A stretch of 64,000 nt of DNA from Brevinema andersonii (GTDB lineage Bacteria > Spirochaetota > DYKD01). This document shows, piece after piece, positions 41,943-52,225 of the stretch. The first letter of the stretch is position 1. Each line of letters starts with the position of its first letter. The notes below the pieces were generated by a model. It was given only the letters and a program-made list of their open reading frames with translations. It did not search any database and was not told the origin of the DNA. The DNA lies in the NCBI GenBank assembly GCA_020722765.1, contig DYKD01000009.1, positions 1,718 through 65,717 on the forward strand. Reading direction: 5' to 3'. The position numbers were made by a program, and so were the translations under genes.

Positions 41943-43070
41943 ATGGACCATAAGGTAAATCCTACTTCATTTCTAGGGGATCTTGACAGGATTCAGACGA
42001 TCTCCCGCGGACTGATCCAGAGTGACCAGACAATTATCTCTTTCACGGATGATGCATATTCGCTGCGCGCAGAGTACACATCAGGCGTTTCGAATCTGGG
42101 AACACCAGGTGAAAAACCCTTCATCGTACCTACCAAACAGCTGCAACAGATCATGTCATCCATGAAGTCCGATAAGGAAGTGTCCATCAAGGAGAATAAG
42201 GAATCAATAGAGATAGTTTCAAAGAACAGATCATATCAGATACCGGTCATCTGGCTTACTGACGAGATGAAAGCAGAAGCATTCAATCTTCAGGATACCG
42301 AGAAAGGGCTGGTGAGTTTCCCTAAGGAACTGGTCATTCACATGTCCACAATGATAGGGGCACAATCCCGCATGAACGGCAAGACACCGCTGAGACTCCT
42401 GTTGGACATAGACAATGAAGGATATCTGGTCATGGTAGGCGGACTTTCAGTGGTGGGAACGCTATCATATGAACAGGAAACTGCAACCGAGATGTCCATA
42501 GAATCCAATGATGGCATCCTGATGCACGCACTTAACAAGCTGCCCAACCTGTCATCTGATGCCAACATCATGATACAGGAGAAAAGCTTGCGCATCAGCG
42601 ACGGTCCTGTCTCACTGCTGCATTCAGCCACCATTGGCAAGGCCAGGGAATCGACTTTGAAAGTCATGAATATAATCGAGAACAAGGCCGCCTCCACGAC
42701 AATCGAAATGGAAATAAGCACGTTGCTTGACCGTATTCATAACGCTGAGTTCATCCCTGACAAGAAGGAGAATATCAGTATCAGTTTCAAGACTGACAAG
42801 ATCGAGACGAAGGTATCTACCGGCCTGTTGAAATACAACAGCGAATTCAAGTCGGAGAATATGACCATGACAGGGGAAGAGATCACGTTACTTTTCCCAC
42901 TGGTAATAATCGAACCTATCATCTCATCACTAATGGAAATGACAAGTGGCGGCAAGCTGAAGATAAACGTATATCCTTCAGGCGATTCAAAGATCATCAC
43001 TTTTGAATCGGTACCTGCGCCTGGAATGTTAGCAAGATACATGATGAGAATAACTACAGGGTTACTATGA
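41943..43070 (+). CDS. possible DnaN-type sliding clamp
   Basis: The call rests only on size (375 aa, DnaN-like) and on position between the polymerase and a DnaX-type clamp loader. I recognise no strong motif. Confidence 0.4.
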   Translation: MDHKVNPTSFLGDLDRIQTISRGLIQSDQTIISFTDDAYSLRAEYTSGVSNLGTPGEKPFIVPTKQLQQIMSSMKSDKEVSIKENKESIEIVSKNRSYQIPVIWLTDEMKAEAFNLQDTEKGLVSFPKELVIHMSTMIGAQSRMNGKTPLRLLLDIDNEGYLVMVGGLSVVGTLSYEQETATEMSIESNDGILMHALNKLPNLSSDANIMIQEKSLRISDGPVSLLHSATIGKARESTLKVMNIIENKAASTTIEMEISTLLDRIHNAEFIPDKKENISISFKTDKIETKVSTGLLKYNSEFKSENMTMTGEEITLLFPLVIIEPIISSLMEMTSGGKLKINVYPSGDSKIITFESVPAPGMLARYMMRITTGLL

Positions 43071-43357
43071 GATTAACAGTACATACCCATCCGGCGACGG
43101 ACTTGCTTGATTATCTCAGGGACAAATATGAATTCATTGAAACTCACCATCTCAATGAGACGTACTTGCAACTATTGGCCAATGATGAACTGTTGGCGAT
43201 CATAGGACCATTCGAAGAGATCAGGTTGGTGTATGCAGACCTATGTGTCAAGTTCCCGAAACATATGATCTCGATAGACCTTACACCGATAGCGCTCAAC
43301 GAAAAGATACCAGGTGGTATCACATTTGAAACGGCATACAGATTGGAGGCCAAATGA
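43067..43357 (+). CDS. hypothetical protein
   Basis: ATGA overlaps on both sides. 96 aa. Confidence 0.55.
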   Translation: MRLTVHTHPATDLLDYLRDKYEFIETHHLNETYLQLLANDELLAIIGPFEEIRLVYADLCVKFPKHMISIDLTPIALNEKIPGGITFETAYRLEAK

Positions 43358-44736
43358 TCCGGGCAATAAGCTCGAGATACCTTACCATACCGAAAAACGA
43401 AATGCAGCACGCCAAGATCATCAAGCTCAAGAAGATGCTTACAATAGACAACCCAGCATATAAGCAGTCTAAACTGATGACAGGCAAACCAAATCCCAAT
43501 ATCAGCCAGAAGATTCATGCTTACATTGAAGAGGATGATTACATACATATACCTAGGCATTTCAACGAGACACAGGAGTTCAAGGAACTCGAATTGGAAC
43601 TTGACATAACTTACAGGAAGGAGTATGTTGATAACCATATCGACTTGAAGTGGAAAGAGACCATCAGCCTGCGGGACTATCAGGTAGAACCGGTTGCAAG
43701 ACTGCTCACATCTGGACACATACTGCATGCTGATCCCGGTGCAGGCAAGACAACCATGGCAATCAACATAATGTCGAATCTGAAGCTTAAGACGGCGGTA
43801 GTCGTTGACTCGGATATGTTGGCTGACCAATGGCGGGACAGGCTATTGCATTATACTGATCTGCAGGATGAGGAGATAGGAATCCTGGGTGACAATAAGA
43901 ACAAGGACGGCAAGGTAGTCATCTGTTACATACAGTCACTGTTGCGCCGAACTTACAATGGGAACAAGGATTTCTATAATGCATTCCCATTGGTCATCAT
44001 AGATGAATGCCATAGTACTGGTTCATCTGAATTCTTCAAGGTACTGAACAGGTTTCCTGGAAGAAGGATAGGGCTGACTGCGACCATAAATAGGACAGAC
44101 AGACTTAAGACTTACATATGGTCGATAGGAACTACATTCGTACGAGCAGAAGTAACAATGCTAATACCGGATGTTCATTTCCTACCTACAAAGACCAGCT
44201 TAGATTACAAGCTGGCATATTATAGAAATATGAATACCGTTATCCTAGGCAGGTTACTAGTCAAGGATAAGGAACGAAATAACCGTATCCTAGCCTTCGC
44301 CCAGAAACGCGTCAATGATGGCCGTCATATCATAGTCCTTACACATTCAAGGGAGAATGCGCAATTCTTCTTTGACAATCTCATATGTGATAGGAAAGCC
44401 CTGCTGATCGGCAAAGGCAACAAAGCCTCAAAACAGCAACGGCGTGACCATGATGATCCACAGCTGATATGTGCCACGTTCCAGTTCCTATATAAGGGAT
44501 TCGACAATGCGAAGATGGATACCATCCTGTTTGTGACACCATTCAATGCCGAGAACGTGGTGATACAGAGTACAGGCCGGATAAGACGGTTCCTGGACGG
44601 GAAACCTACCCCCATCATCTATGACATATACGATCCGATGACCACCATATCATTGGAGACCGCCAGGAACAGGCAACGCACATATAAGAGACTAGGATTC
44701 AACATAGTTAAGAGCGTGAAAGATACATATCAGTGA
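43354..44736 (+). CDS. SF2 DEAH-box DNA helicase
   Basis: LRDYQ, motif I DPGAGKT, motif II IIDECH, motif III LTAT, motif VI QSTGRIRR. Confidence 0.85.
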   Translation: MIRAISSRYLTIPKNEMQHAKIIKLKKMLTIDNPAYKQSKLMTGKPNPNISQKIHAYIEEDDYIHIPRHFNETQEFKELELELDITYRKEYVDNHIDLKWKETISLRDYQVEPVARLLTSGHILHADPGAGKTTMAINIMSNLKLKTAVVVDSDMLADQWRDRLLHYTDLQDEEIGILGDNKNKDGKVVICYIQSLLRRTYNGNKDFYNAFPLVIIDECHSTGSSEFFKVLNRFPGRRIGLTATINRTDRLKTYIWSIGTTFVRAEVTMLIPDVHFLPTKTSLDYKLAYYRNMNTVILGRLLVKDKERNNRILAFAQKRVNDGRHIIVLTHSRENAQFFFDNLICDRKALLIGKGNKASKQQRRDHDDPQLICATFQFLYKGFDNAKMDTILFVTPFNAENVVIQSTGRIRRFLDGKPTPIIYDIYDPMTTISLETARNRQRTYKRLGFNIVKSVKDTYQ

Positions 44737-44743
44737 GGTAAAT

Positions 44744-44914
44744 ATGAAGACTCCTAAGGAACAGGAAATAGAACAGCTTCTATTGGAACAACTTGCAAGA
44801 ATACCGACCTGTACCCCGCAAGCGGTAATGATCAAATTCAATGATACGTATCTCAGCATAGGTAATAAGAAGATATGCCCATCAGTTGGGGGAGCAAAAA
44901 TGCCATTCGCCTGA
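44744..44914 (+). CDS. small hypothetical protein (56 aa)
   Basis: GAGG SD. Translation is MKTPKEQEIEQLLLEQLARIP...; it overlaps the next small ORF in another frame. Confidence 0.4.
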   Translation: MKTPKEQEIEQLLLEQLARIPTCTPQAVMIKFNDTYLSIGNKKICPSVGGAKMPFA

Positions 44915-45039
44915 AGTTTGAGCAGCGCTATAGGCTTTCATCAGGTGAATCGCTCCGTGATTATAGGGAAGTAAGACCAATAATAGAAGACATAGAGAGA
45001 AGACAGATAATCCAATATGAGGTATACAATGCAGGATAA
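44875..45039 (+). CDS. small hypothetical protein (54 aa), or the downstream half of a frameshifted gene
   Basis: Translation is MPISWGSKNAIRLKFEQRYRLSSGESLRDYREVRPIIEDIERRQIIQYEV. No clear SD. Confidence 0.35.
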   Translation: MPISWGSKNAIRLKFEQRYRLSSGESLRDYREVRPIIEDIERRQIIQYEVYNAG

Positions 45040-46027
45040 CATCTACAACATAATCAGACCCACATCATTCCAGGATATCTTCGAACATGGCAACCATATC
45101 AGGTCGCTGAAGACCATGATAACAGAGAAGTCATTGCCCCATTCGATCCTGATTGCAGGTGCATCTGGGACAGGCAAGACCACTCTTGCCAATATCATCG
45201 CCAAAGCATTGAATTGCGAGGCGAAGATCAGACCATGTAACAAGTGTTCATCATGCCTCAGCCCGGAATCATACGTGACATGGATACATGCCGGAGATGA
45301 CCGCGGTATTGATCCCATGCGAGAGATAGCCCGCCAGGCCGAATTGAGACCCCTGGCGGCGAATATAGGGGTTACCCTGATAGATGAGGCGGGAGGCCTG
45401 ACAAAGGACGCTCAGCGTGTACTGCGTGAAGTCCTGGAGAATCCTCCGGCACACAGGTATATGATACTGATTACAAGTGAGAAGGAAAAGATCCAGACAG
45501 ACATCCGTAACAGATGCCTGAACATAGATATTGCATCCATGACAGACCTTGAGTCCACGGATTTCATAGCTTATATACTGGACAGATTGAAGGATAAATT
45601 GGGCATTGACCGGAAACTTACGGATGACGAGGTAGGAAAGCTGATTGATTTCCCGGACAGAAACAGCCGCGATCTTATCAACAGGACATATTCATATATC
45701 ACAACAGGCATTATGCCATCCAGCGATAAGGAAGTTCCAGCCAACATCGTATCCCTGTTCCATGATATACTTTATGCTAACAAGACATGGCCAGCATTAC
45801 AGATGCAGGTCAGGGACATGAATGTGCAGTATGCGGAAGCCAAGGCATTCATGTGCAATCTGGCCTCAAAAAACATATATACTTCCAAGGATAGGGAACT
45901 GGTTACCAGGGCATCCATCTTCCTGGATCTTATGCTGCCACCACTCGAACTGGCTAATCCGAAAGCGGACATAGTAAACAGGTTATTCAAGGCTTGGAGG
46001 GCCTGCTATCAGGTTAAGAAAACATGA
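45017..46027 (+). CDS. clamp loader ATPase (DnaX/RFC-like)
   Basis: RPTSFQDI, GASGTGKTT, Zn module C..CNKCSSC, and Walker B LIDEAGGLTKDAQ. Confidence 0.8.
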   Translation: MRYTMQDNIYNIIRPTSFQDIFEHGNHIRSLKTMITEKSLPHSILIAGASGTGKTTLANIIAKALNCEAKIRPCNKCSSCLSPESYVTWIHAGDDRGIDPMREIARQAELRPLAANIGVTLIDEAGGLTKDAQRVLREVLENPPAHRYMILITSEKEKIQTDIRNRCLNIDIASMTDLESTDFIAYILDRLKDKLGIDRKLTDDEVGKLIDFPDRNSRDLINRTYSYITTGIMPSSDKEVPANIVSLFHDILYANKTWPALQMQVRDMNVQYAEAKAFMCNLASKNIYTSKDRELVTRASIFLDLMLPPLELANPKADIVNRLFKAWRACYQVKKT

Positions 46028-46380
46028 CAGAAGCATCAGATGAACTGTTACGCAACATAGTCAAACTTGGTCTCATTGCGGCAAAGAACACGGATATGAT
46101 GATGAAATTAAGACAGAACGAGGAGCTATTGGATTATCTTATCACCAATAAGTTTGCGACAGGAGATGTGATGTTCTATAAGGATATCATAGGCAGACAG
46201 TTCCTGTGCCCAAAATGTGGTAATCCGGTATCATTCACATGCCCAAGGGGCATATGCGGATACTGTTCAACTACCGTAAATATCAACACGAACCATAGCA
46301 AATTGATGTGCCAGGAATGCGCTGGACATCGTAAAGGCGAATGTAAACATCCTGAAAAGGATATACACCATAAACTATAG
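46024..46380 (+). CDS. zinc-finger protein
   Basis: Contains CPKCGNP...CPRGICGYC...CQEC...C. Confidence 0.55.
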   Translation: MTEASDELLRNIVKLGLIAAKNTDMMMKLRQNEELLDYLITNKFATGDVMFYKDIIGRQFLCPKCGNPVSFTCPRGICGYCSTTVNINTNHSKLMCQECAGHRKGECKHPEKDIHHKL

Positions 46381-46389
46381 GAGGATACA

Positions 46390-47547
46390 ATGGCACGTAC
46401 GAATGCGGATATGTTAAGGGCATATCTGCAAAAGAAAACAGAGGGCGCGAAATCAAAATACGCCAGGATCATAACTGCCTCACAGGTAGGGAAAATAGAG
46501 TATATCAAGACCGGGATCCCGGAATTCGATATCATGTTCGGAGGTATTGCGAGAGGTCGTCATACGATGATATATGGCGGGCCAGGAGGTGGAAAGTCAA
46601 CACTCATTGCCAAGATGATCGGCAACCTGCAGAAGCAGGGATTGGGCGTGTTCCTGGCTGAACCTGAAGAGACGTTCGAACCTGATTGGGCGGCCAAACA
46701 GGGAGTAGATCTGGACAACTTACTGATGACGAGAGAAACCTCTTTCGGAACAGTAATGGATGCCGTAATAGATATGGCAGGATCAGGTTATACGGATGTC
46801 ATCTTTATCGACTCATTGGCGGCATTGAAACTGAAGGAACTGGATAAGAAGACCAGTGAAGATGATTTCATGGCACTCATGGCAAGAAGATTGAGCATCA
46901 ACTACTTTCCTAAGGTGAATGAGATACTGGCAAACAACAGGGTAGCTATAGTATATGTAAGCCAGAAGAGATCCAATCTTGATCCTTATGGCGCAGGTAT
47001 TGAAGAGTATCCAGGTGGAAATGCGCTTAAGCACTATCTCAGCTTAGCGTTGAATATCAGGAGATCCTCACCCAATGACCTGATGGATCATGGTGATAGG
47101 TTCAAAGCGGGAGACGAGCGGCTTGGTTTCTATACGAAGATCAAGGCAGTCAAGACCAAACTTCCGGTTGTTACGGAGAACGAGTCAATGGGCATGTCAT
47201 TCTTCCATGGTAAAGGTTTCGATTCATCATATGGACTGCTTGATTTGGCCATTACCTATGATATCCTGAAAAGGAAAGGGCCGCATTATACCATGATCAA
47301 ACAGGATAAATCAGAATACAGCCAGATAGGTATGAATAACGTGCTCAGGGATATCCAGGAGAATGAGACATTCCGGAATGATATTTCGGCATTACTCACC
47401 TATAGGAAAGAGAATGGACCAGTGGAACCAACAATCGAGGAGGAAATACCAGATGAAGCAACAATACCTGATACCGACAAGGAGTCATCTGAAACTTCTG
47501 CAGAAGGAACAGCTACTAAAACTACTAGGAAAAAGAAAGCAAGATAA
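46390..47547 (+). CDS. RecA/UvsX-type recombinase
   Basis: GIPEFDIMFGGIARGRHTMIYGGPGGGKST, VIFIDSLAAL and VSQKRSNLDPYGAGIEEYPGGNALKHY. Confidence 0.85.
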   Translation: MARTNADMLRAYLQKKTEGAKSKYARIITASQVGKIEYIKTGIPEFDIMFGGIARGRHTMIYGGPGGGKSTLIAKMIGNLQKQGLGVFLAEPEETFEPDWAAKQGVDLDNLLMTRETSFGTVMDAVIDMAGSGYTDVIFIDSLAALKLKELDKKTSEDDFMALMARRLSINYFPKVNEILANNRVAIVYVSQKRSNLDPYGAGIEEYPGGNALKHYLSLALNIRRSSPNDLMDHGDRFKAGDERLGFYTKIKAVKTKLPVVTENESMGMSFFHGKGFDSSYGLLDLAITYDILKRKGPHYTMIKQDKSEYSQIGMNNVLRDIQENETFRNDISALLTYRKENGPVEPTIEEEIPDEATIPDTDKESSETSAEGTATKTTRKKKAR

Positions 47548-47554
47548 TACGTTC

Positions 47555-47824
47555 ATGAATGATCTCATAGGAAATCTGTGCCATATCATTACAGTGCTTG
47601 ATATCCTGGTGATAAAGACTAAGGATATTTCAGAAGATCAGAAACTCAACATAGATAAGAAGAAGATCATGGCAATAGATCTTATCAATAATGCACAGTT
47701 TACATTGACGACCATTTTAGAACTCAGCGGCAGGGATCCGACTACTCGAGTAAATGCGGATCTTGATCATGAATTATTGAATAATTACGAACAGATGATA
47801 AGGAGATCGGTATTATGGCAGTGA
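47555..47824 (+). CDS. hypothetical protein
   Basis: ATG at 47555 (internal Met of track ORF 47363..47824), just after the recA stop. Confidence 0.5.
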   Translation: MNDLIGNLCHIITVLDILVIKTKDISEDQKLNIDKKKIMAIDLINNAQFTLTTILELSGRDPTTRVNADLDHELLNNYEQMIRRSVLWQ

Positions 47825-48759
47825 AATTCGCAGTACTATACATCAAATCCAATGCTGGTACGACATTGAAACAGGTTGGGGACATGATGGTACAGACGGT
47901 GAAATCCTTCCTGAAGATAAGGGAAGTCAATTACAGTGAATTCCAGACATACACAAGGAGCAAACCTATCTCCAGGTATATCATGCTTGCAAAGGAGGAA
48001 GCCCGCAAGAAGATAGAGGATGCAAAAGAGATGCTATCCAATGGTATCAAGTACAAGCTTGATACTAATCTTGGAGGCTTCCATGCAATCAAGACAAAGG
48101 AGAAAGACGTTTATGACCATGCCAAAATGGCGGATCCTTCATATGCTATCATAGATGTACACCAGATATCCGCGACTGAATTCGCGATCATGTTGAACCG
48201 GAATCCGGGTATACCTATCTATAATCACCTGTTCCTGCAGAAGATAGCCGTAAAGTTATGCAAACTGTTCATGACTGCGGTTATGGCGGTGGATGACTAT
48301 CGTGGAACATACATTGAGCATCTTTCCTACTACGTCAATGGGTCGGCAGTAAAGAATGTTACGGTACCGGCTGGCGCAAAACTGATGAGTGAATTCATGA
48401 GGCTTACCACGATAGACATTAACAATATCCTTAAGACTGCAGACATGAATATTGATATCCTGATGGCACCATATGACCTATCTGACTATAATGCCATCCT
48501 AGCGAAGCAGCTGGAGAGCAAGGTTTTCATGGAAGGTATGAATGCGCATAAGCCAAATGCTGATCCTATGATACATGCCGATTATCTTGCGCTATTGTCC
48601 GAACTGAAGATAACGGAGGAAAATATAGGAGTCATAAACCAGAGGATCAGGATTGACCCGCCGATCGATTCCAGGTATATCAAGTTCGACAATCCGCCTG
48701 AATTGGAGGCATTTGCAAAGAGACCCTTGACAAGCATTAGACCGGAAGGATTATACTGA
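47815..48759 (+). CDS. hypothetical protein
   Basis: 314-aa ORF. Confidence 0.6.
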   Translation: MAVKFAVLYIKSNAGTTLKQVGDMMVQTVKSFLKIREVNYSEFQTYTRSKPISRYIMLAKEEARKKIEDAKEMLSNGIKYKLDTNLGGFHAIKTKEKDVYDHAKMADPSYAIIDVHQISATEFAIMLNRNPGIPIYNHLFLQKIAVKLCKLFMTAVMAVDDYRGTYIEHLSYYVNGSAVKNVTVPAGAKLMSEFMRLTTIDINNILKTADMNIDILMAPYDLSDYNAILAKQLESKVFMEGMNAHKPNADPMIHADYLALLSELKITEENIGVINQRIRIDPPIDSRYIKFDNPPELEAFAKRPLTSIRPEGLY

Positions 48760-49058
48760 TGGAACCTATCGACGGACTCACCATAGTTACCAGGACCGAG
48801 AAAGCGTATCTGATAGCGAATACACAATGTTACAGGCGCGCAATATCCCAGGCCAGGATGAATGGCCGCCATAACATGTTCATGGTTAATAAGCGTATGA
48901 TAGAGAGCGGGCAAGCCAGATGGTTCCCAAAGACCACTATCATTACCGGCAAAGGGATAACATCACGAAGAGAAGATATCATAAAGACACTGAAGAATAT
49001 GGCAGCATTGTCATACTCGGACTCAGACGACACAAATATACAGAAATGGATACTATAG
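48759..49058 (+). CDS. hypothetical protein
   Basis: 99-aa ORF with a stop/start overlap. Confidence 0.55.
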   Translation: MEPIDGLTIVTRTEKAYLIANTQCYRRAISQARMNGRHNMFMVNKRMIESGQARWFPKTTIITGKGITSRREDIIKTLKNMAALSYSDSDDTNIQKWIL

Positions 49059-49067
49059 GAGGTAACC

Positions 49068-49835
49068 ATGGACAAGACTATTGAACAATTATCAGCACAA
49101 TTCCCGGCATCACAGGTAAAGGAGCGGGAAGGTGGCGGCAAGAAAACCTTGCTGTACCTCAGCATAGACAGTGTGATGAACAGGATTAACGAGACTATTC
49201 CTGGAATGGAAAGTGTGCAGATCGAAATTACCGACAAATTCCAGAACGGGCCCTTCAATGTCGTCAAGAACGCAATGGCAAATGACAAAACATGGTTCAC
49301 TGATACACTGCAGCAATATACGGTCACAGTGACAGTGGCAATGACAATCAATGGCTCACGCAGGGATGGTATCGGATCTGACGAAGTGTTTGAATTCCGT
49401 CCTAACAAGTATGCCAAGAAGTTCGAACCTGTGATGGATATGGATAAGGCATGGAAGACAGCATATGCAAATGCCATCAAGAAAGCAGCGGACAAGTTCG
49501 GCATCGGCACATATCTATGGAAAGAGGAAGAACGCAATAAGATCATGCAGTCAAAATCAGGCGATGATCAGGACAATGAATATCATGCAGATGATATTCC
49601 TGTTATGAAAAAACCTACAAAACTTCCACAGGAACTAATGGATATGATCCAAAGTGAGGCCAAGGTATTAGGATTGGCAACAAAAGAACTACAGGATCTC
49701 GTAAAGGAATATATGCTGACAGTTCACAAGAAAGATAGTGATGGCATGCCGGCTTCGTTAATAGCTGAAACGCCTGAAGAGACCAAGAAAATAGTGGATG
49801 GTCTCATCACTTATCTTGACAATCTCAAGAAATAA
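49068..49835 (+). CDS. Rad52/Sak-type single-strand annealing protein
   Basis: VKEREGGGKKTLLYLSIDSVMNRINE and KTAYANAIKKAADKFGIGTYLW match Rad52-family hallmarks. Confidence 0.65.
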   Translation: MDKTIEQLSAQFPASQVKEREGGGKKTLLYLSIDSVMNRINETIPGMESVQIEITDKFQNGPFNVVKNAMANDKTWFTDTLQQYTVTVTVAMTINGSRRDGIGSDEVFEFRPNKYAKKFEPVMDMDKAWKTAYANAIKKAADKFGIGTYLWKEEERNKIMQSKSGDDQDNEYHADDIPVMKKPTKLPQELMDMIQSEAKVLGLATKELQDLVKEYMLTVHKKDSDGMPASLIAETPEETKKIVDGLITYLDNLKK

Positions 49836-49852
49836 TATAAGAGGAGCCGTTA

Positions 49853-52225
49853 ATGACAGCATATAAATTCGTAGGACTGAGTCTTCTCGAGGAAGAACTT
49901 GATGTCAAACCGGAGAAACCACTTGACCCGTCCATACCTGTTGTACTGGCAGAGAAAAAGACAGATAGGAAACTGGCGACCGCACTTGATGCAATAGGTA
50001 TCGGCAGGGATACGGTGATAACCCATTCCAGTCTTACCGTGCTTATTGATATATCTGATACGGATAAACTTGCTGAGACGATCCACCTCGTGAACAAACG
50101 GAACAGGATTGTCATTGTCTCGGACAAACCAGGAATAAGGAATATAGCCAGACCCAAAGGATTGGTATATGATTCGTTTATCCTGACGGATGATGCAAGA
50201 AGATATCCCAAACTGGGCAGCAATTGCCGTTTGCTAAATGTCAATACATTGATGGTCCGTACCACCTTTAAACGACCGGTAACAGGACAATTCGCCAATA
50301 TATCGCTGGATCACGGCCGAAAAACGATCAACCTTAATTTGAGGAATATTGACTACAGGCAGACACGGAATGCGGTACTGACAAGTATTCACCAGTTGGC
50401 ACAGATGACACAAACATACAGTTTGCCGGAAATGAGGACTGATCTAAGCCATTACACTGGTGACTATTCAAGTCTTAAAGTGACAGGAGACCCTGCAATA
50501 TATGATGCTGAATTGACAAGCGAGCTATTGCCCACCACAATTCATGTGCAGATTTCAGCGGTAGATCCCTTATGTATCATATTTGCCAGGTTATATGCTG
50601 TTCATTACACGCTGAGACCCGTCATTACAGTCAGTGATATCAATCAGATTGTCCATATGAGGAGATCGCTCGCAGCTTTCCACATAACACCAGAGACATT
50701 GCCTAATGACGAGTATACTAGGATCATTAATGCAACAGATGAGAAATACAACCTAACGCTGAAATATCATCAGATGTATGCGATCCATAACATGATGCGG
50801 CACAATAGTCCTATCATGAACTGCGCTACAGGTATCGGTAAGAGCAGGATGGCAATTGGTGCATGCCTTGCCCTTGATATCAAGTCGGTATTATATGTAA
50901 CGGAACCGAGCATCGTACTTGAAGTAGACAGGGAAATGAAGAAGATAAACTTCACCGACTACCAGATCGTGAAAAATCCTGATAACAGGAACCTCAGACG
51001 GTTCAACATAATAAGCTATAGTATGTTATCCCGCAAGACAATAAAAGGTATCCTGAAGACCAAGCGGTTTGGTGCCATAATATGGGATGAATGCCAGGAA
51101 TTGCGCAACATGGATTCGTTACGGACGCGCAACGCGATGAAATTAAGGGCCAAACGCCATTATTTCATGTCAGCAACATCTGTAGCCAACGACATATCAG
51201 ACATCTTATCCTATATAATGGTCGCCAAGAAGACCGTTACCACATACTATGACTTCTCAAGGAAACTCAGTGGTGGAGCAACATGGAGAAAAGGATTCAA
51301 ACGTGCGAAGAACAAGAACGATGTCAAGGGTTTTATCAGCCTTATAACTGAAAAATACCCCATGTTCGAGGAGATCAGAAGACGTCTCATAAACAACAAT
51401 CACCAGCTGCTGGAGAAGTTCAGAAATGAGAACATGGTAATCATAAACAAATCAGACAAGCAGCTGGTCAAGGATAACACTTTCCGGGTAACAGCCAAGA
51501 CACTGAAAATGACCACGACACCTGATAAGGAACATATGGAGTTATACCTGGAGAAGCTTGATGCCATCAATAGGGCATATCATCCTGAACAGACCAGCCA
51601 TGTCAGCCTTCAGATGATAACCGAGCTGCTTAAGATATCGGAGATACCCAATGCCGTCGACGGGAAATCCCGTGTTACCAGCAAACAGAGAAAGATACTT
51701 GCAGCGGTAAAGGATGTCAGTGAACGGAAGAACTCCGTAATCGTATTTACAGGCTTCACTGAATCAGCCAAACAGCTGCATAGCCTGATAAGTACCGACC
51801 ATAAATCGACGATCCTTATCACATCTGATTCAAATGTAGACCAGAGATATAGGAAGATCGAGGAATTCAGGAAGACCAAGAACGCCTGTCTGATAGGGAA
51901 CATCGATCTTATAGGCAAAGGTTTCAACCTGGAAGTCGCTGATACGATCATCATGTCCGACATACCTTGGAGTCCGTTCAAGTATGAACAATCCATTGGT
52001 AGGATTCTCAGACCCGATCAGAAGGGACAGCCTGAGATCATCAACTGCATCAACAGGATGATGATTGACGAATACAAATTCGAGGTACTTTTATCGAAAC
52101 AGAACAGGATAGACAAGATGATAAATAAGGATAGCTCAGTGTCGGATAAGGACATGCAGCATATGAATTTTACGGACTTCCTTACAGGTGTCATCGAAAG
52201 GGCAAAGGAGGAAGGCCTGATATGA
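49853..52225 (+). CDS. SNF2-family helicase with a large N-terminal extension
   Basis: CATGIGKS, IIWDECQE, FMSATSV and GKGFNLEVADTIIMSDIPWSPFKYEQSIGRILR. Confidence 0.85.
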   Translation: MTAYKFVGLSLLEEELDVKPEKPLDPSIPVVLAEKKTDRKLATALDAIGIGRDTVITHSSLTVLIDISDTDKLAETIHLVNKRNRIVIVSDKPGIRNIARPKGLVYDSFILTDDARRYPKLGSNCRLLNVNTLMVRTTFKRPVTGQFANISLDHGRKTINLNLRNIDYRQTRNAVLTSIHQLAQMTQTYSLPEMRTDLSHYTGDYSSLKVTGDPAIYDAELTSELLPTTIHVQISAVDPLCIIFARLYAVHYTLRPVITVSDINQIVHMRRSLAAFHITPETLPNDEYTRIINATDEKYNLTLKYHQMYAIHNMMRHNSPIMNCATGIGKSRMAIGACLALDIKSVLYVTEPSIVLEVDREMKKINFTDYQIVKNPDNRNLRRFNIISYSMLSRKTIKGILKTKRFGAIIWDECQELRNMDSLRTRNAMKLRAKRHYFMSATSVANDISDILSYIMVAKKTVTTYYDFSRKLSGGATWRKGFKRAKNKNDVKGFISLITEKYPMFEEIRRRLINNNHQLLEKFRNENMVIINKSDKQLVKDNTFRVTAKTLKMTTTPDKEHMELYLEKLDAINRAYHPEQTSHVSLQMITELLKISEIPNAVDGKSRVTSKQRKILAAVKDVSERKNSVIVFTGFTESAKQLHSLISTDHKSTILITSDSNVDQRYRKIEEFRKTKNACLIGNIDLIGKGFNLEVADTIIMSDIPWSPFKYEQSIGRILRPDQKGQPEIINCINRMMIDEYKFEVLLSKQNRIDKMINKDSSVSDKDMQHMNFTDFLTGVIERAKEEGLI

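Noticed and set aside
43144-43830. 228-aa minus-strand ORF
   Set aside because: It is antisense to the SF2 helicase N-terminus and to the 43067 gene, has no SD, and the sense strand carries conserved helicase motifs.
48830-50298. Minus-strand ORFs of 238 and 157 aa
   Set aside because: They are antisense to the Rad52-like and SNF2 genes and are shadow frames.
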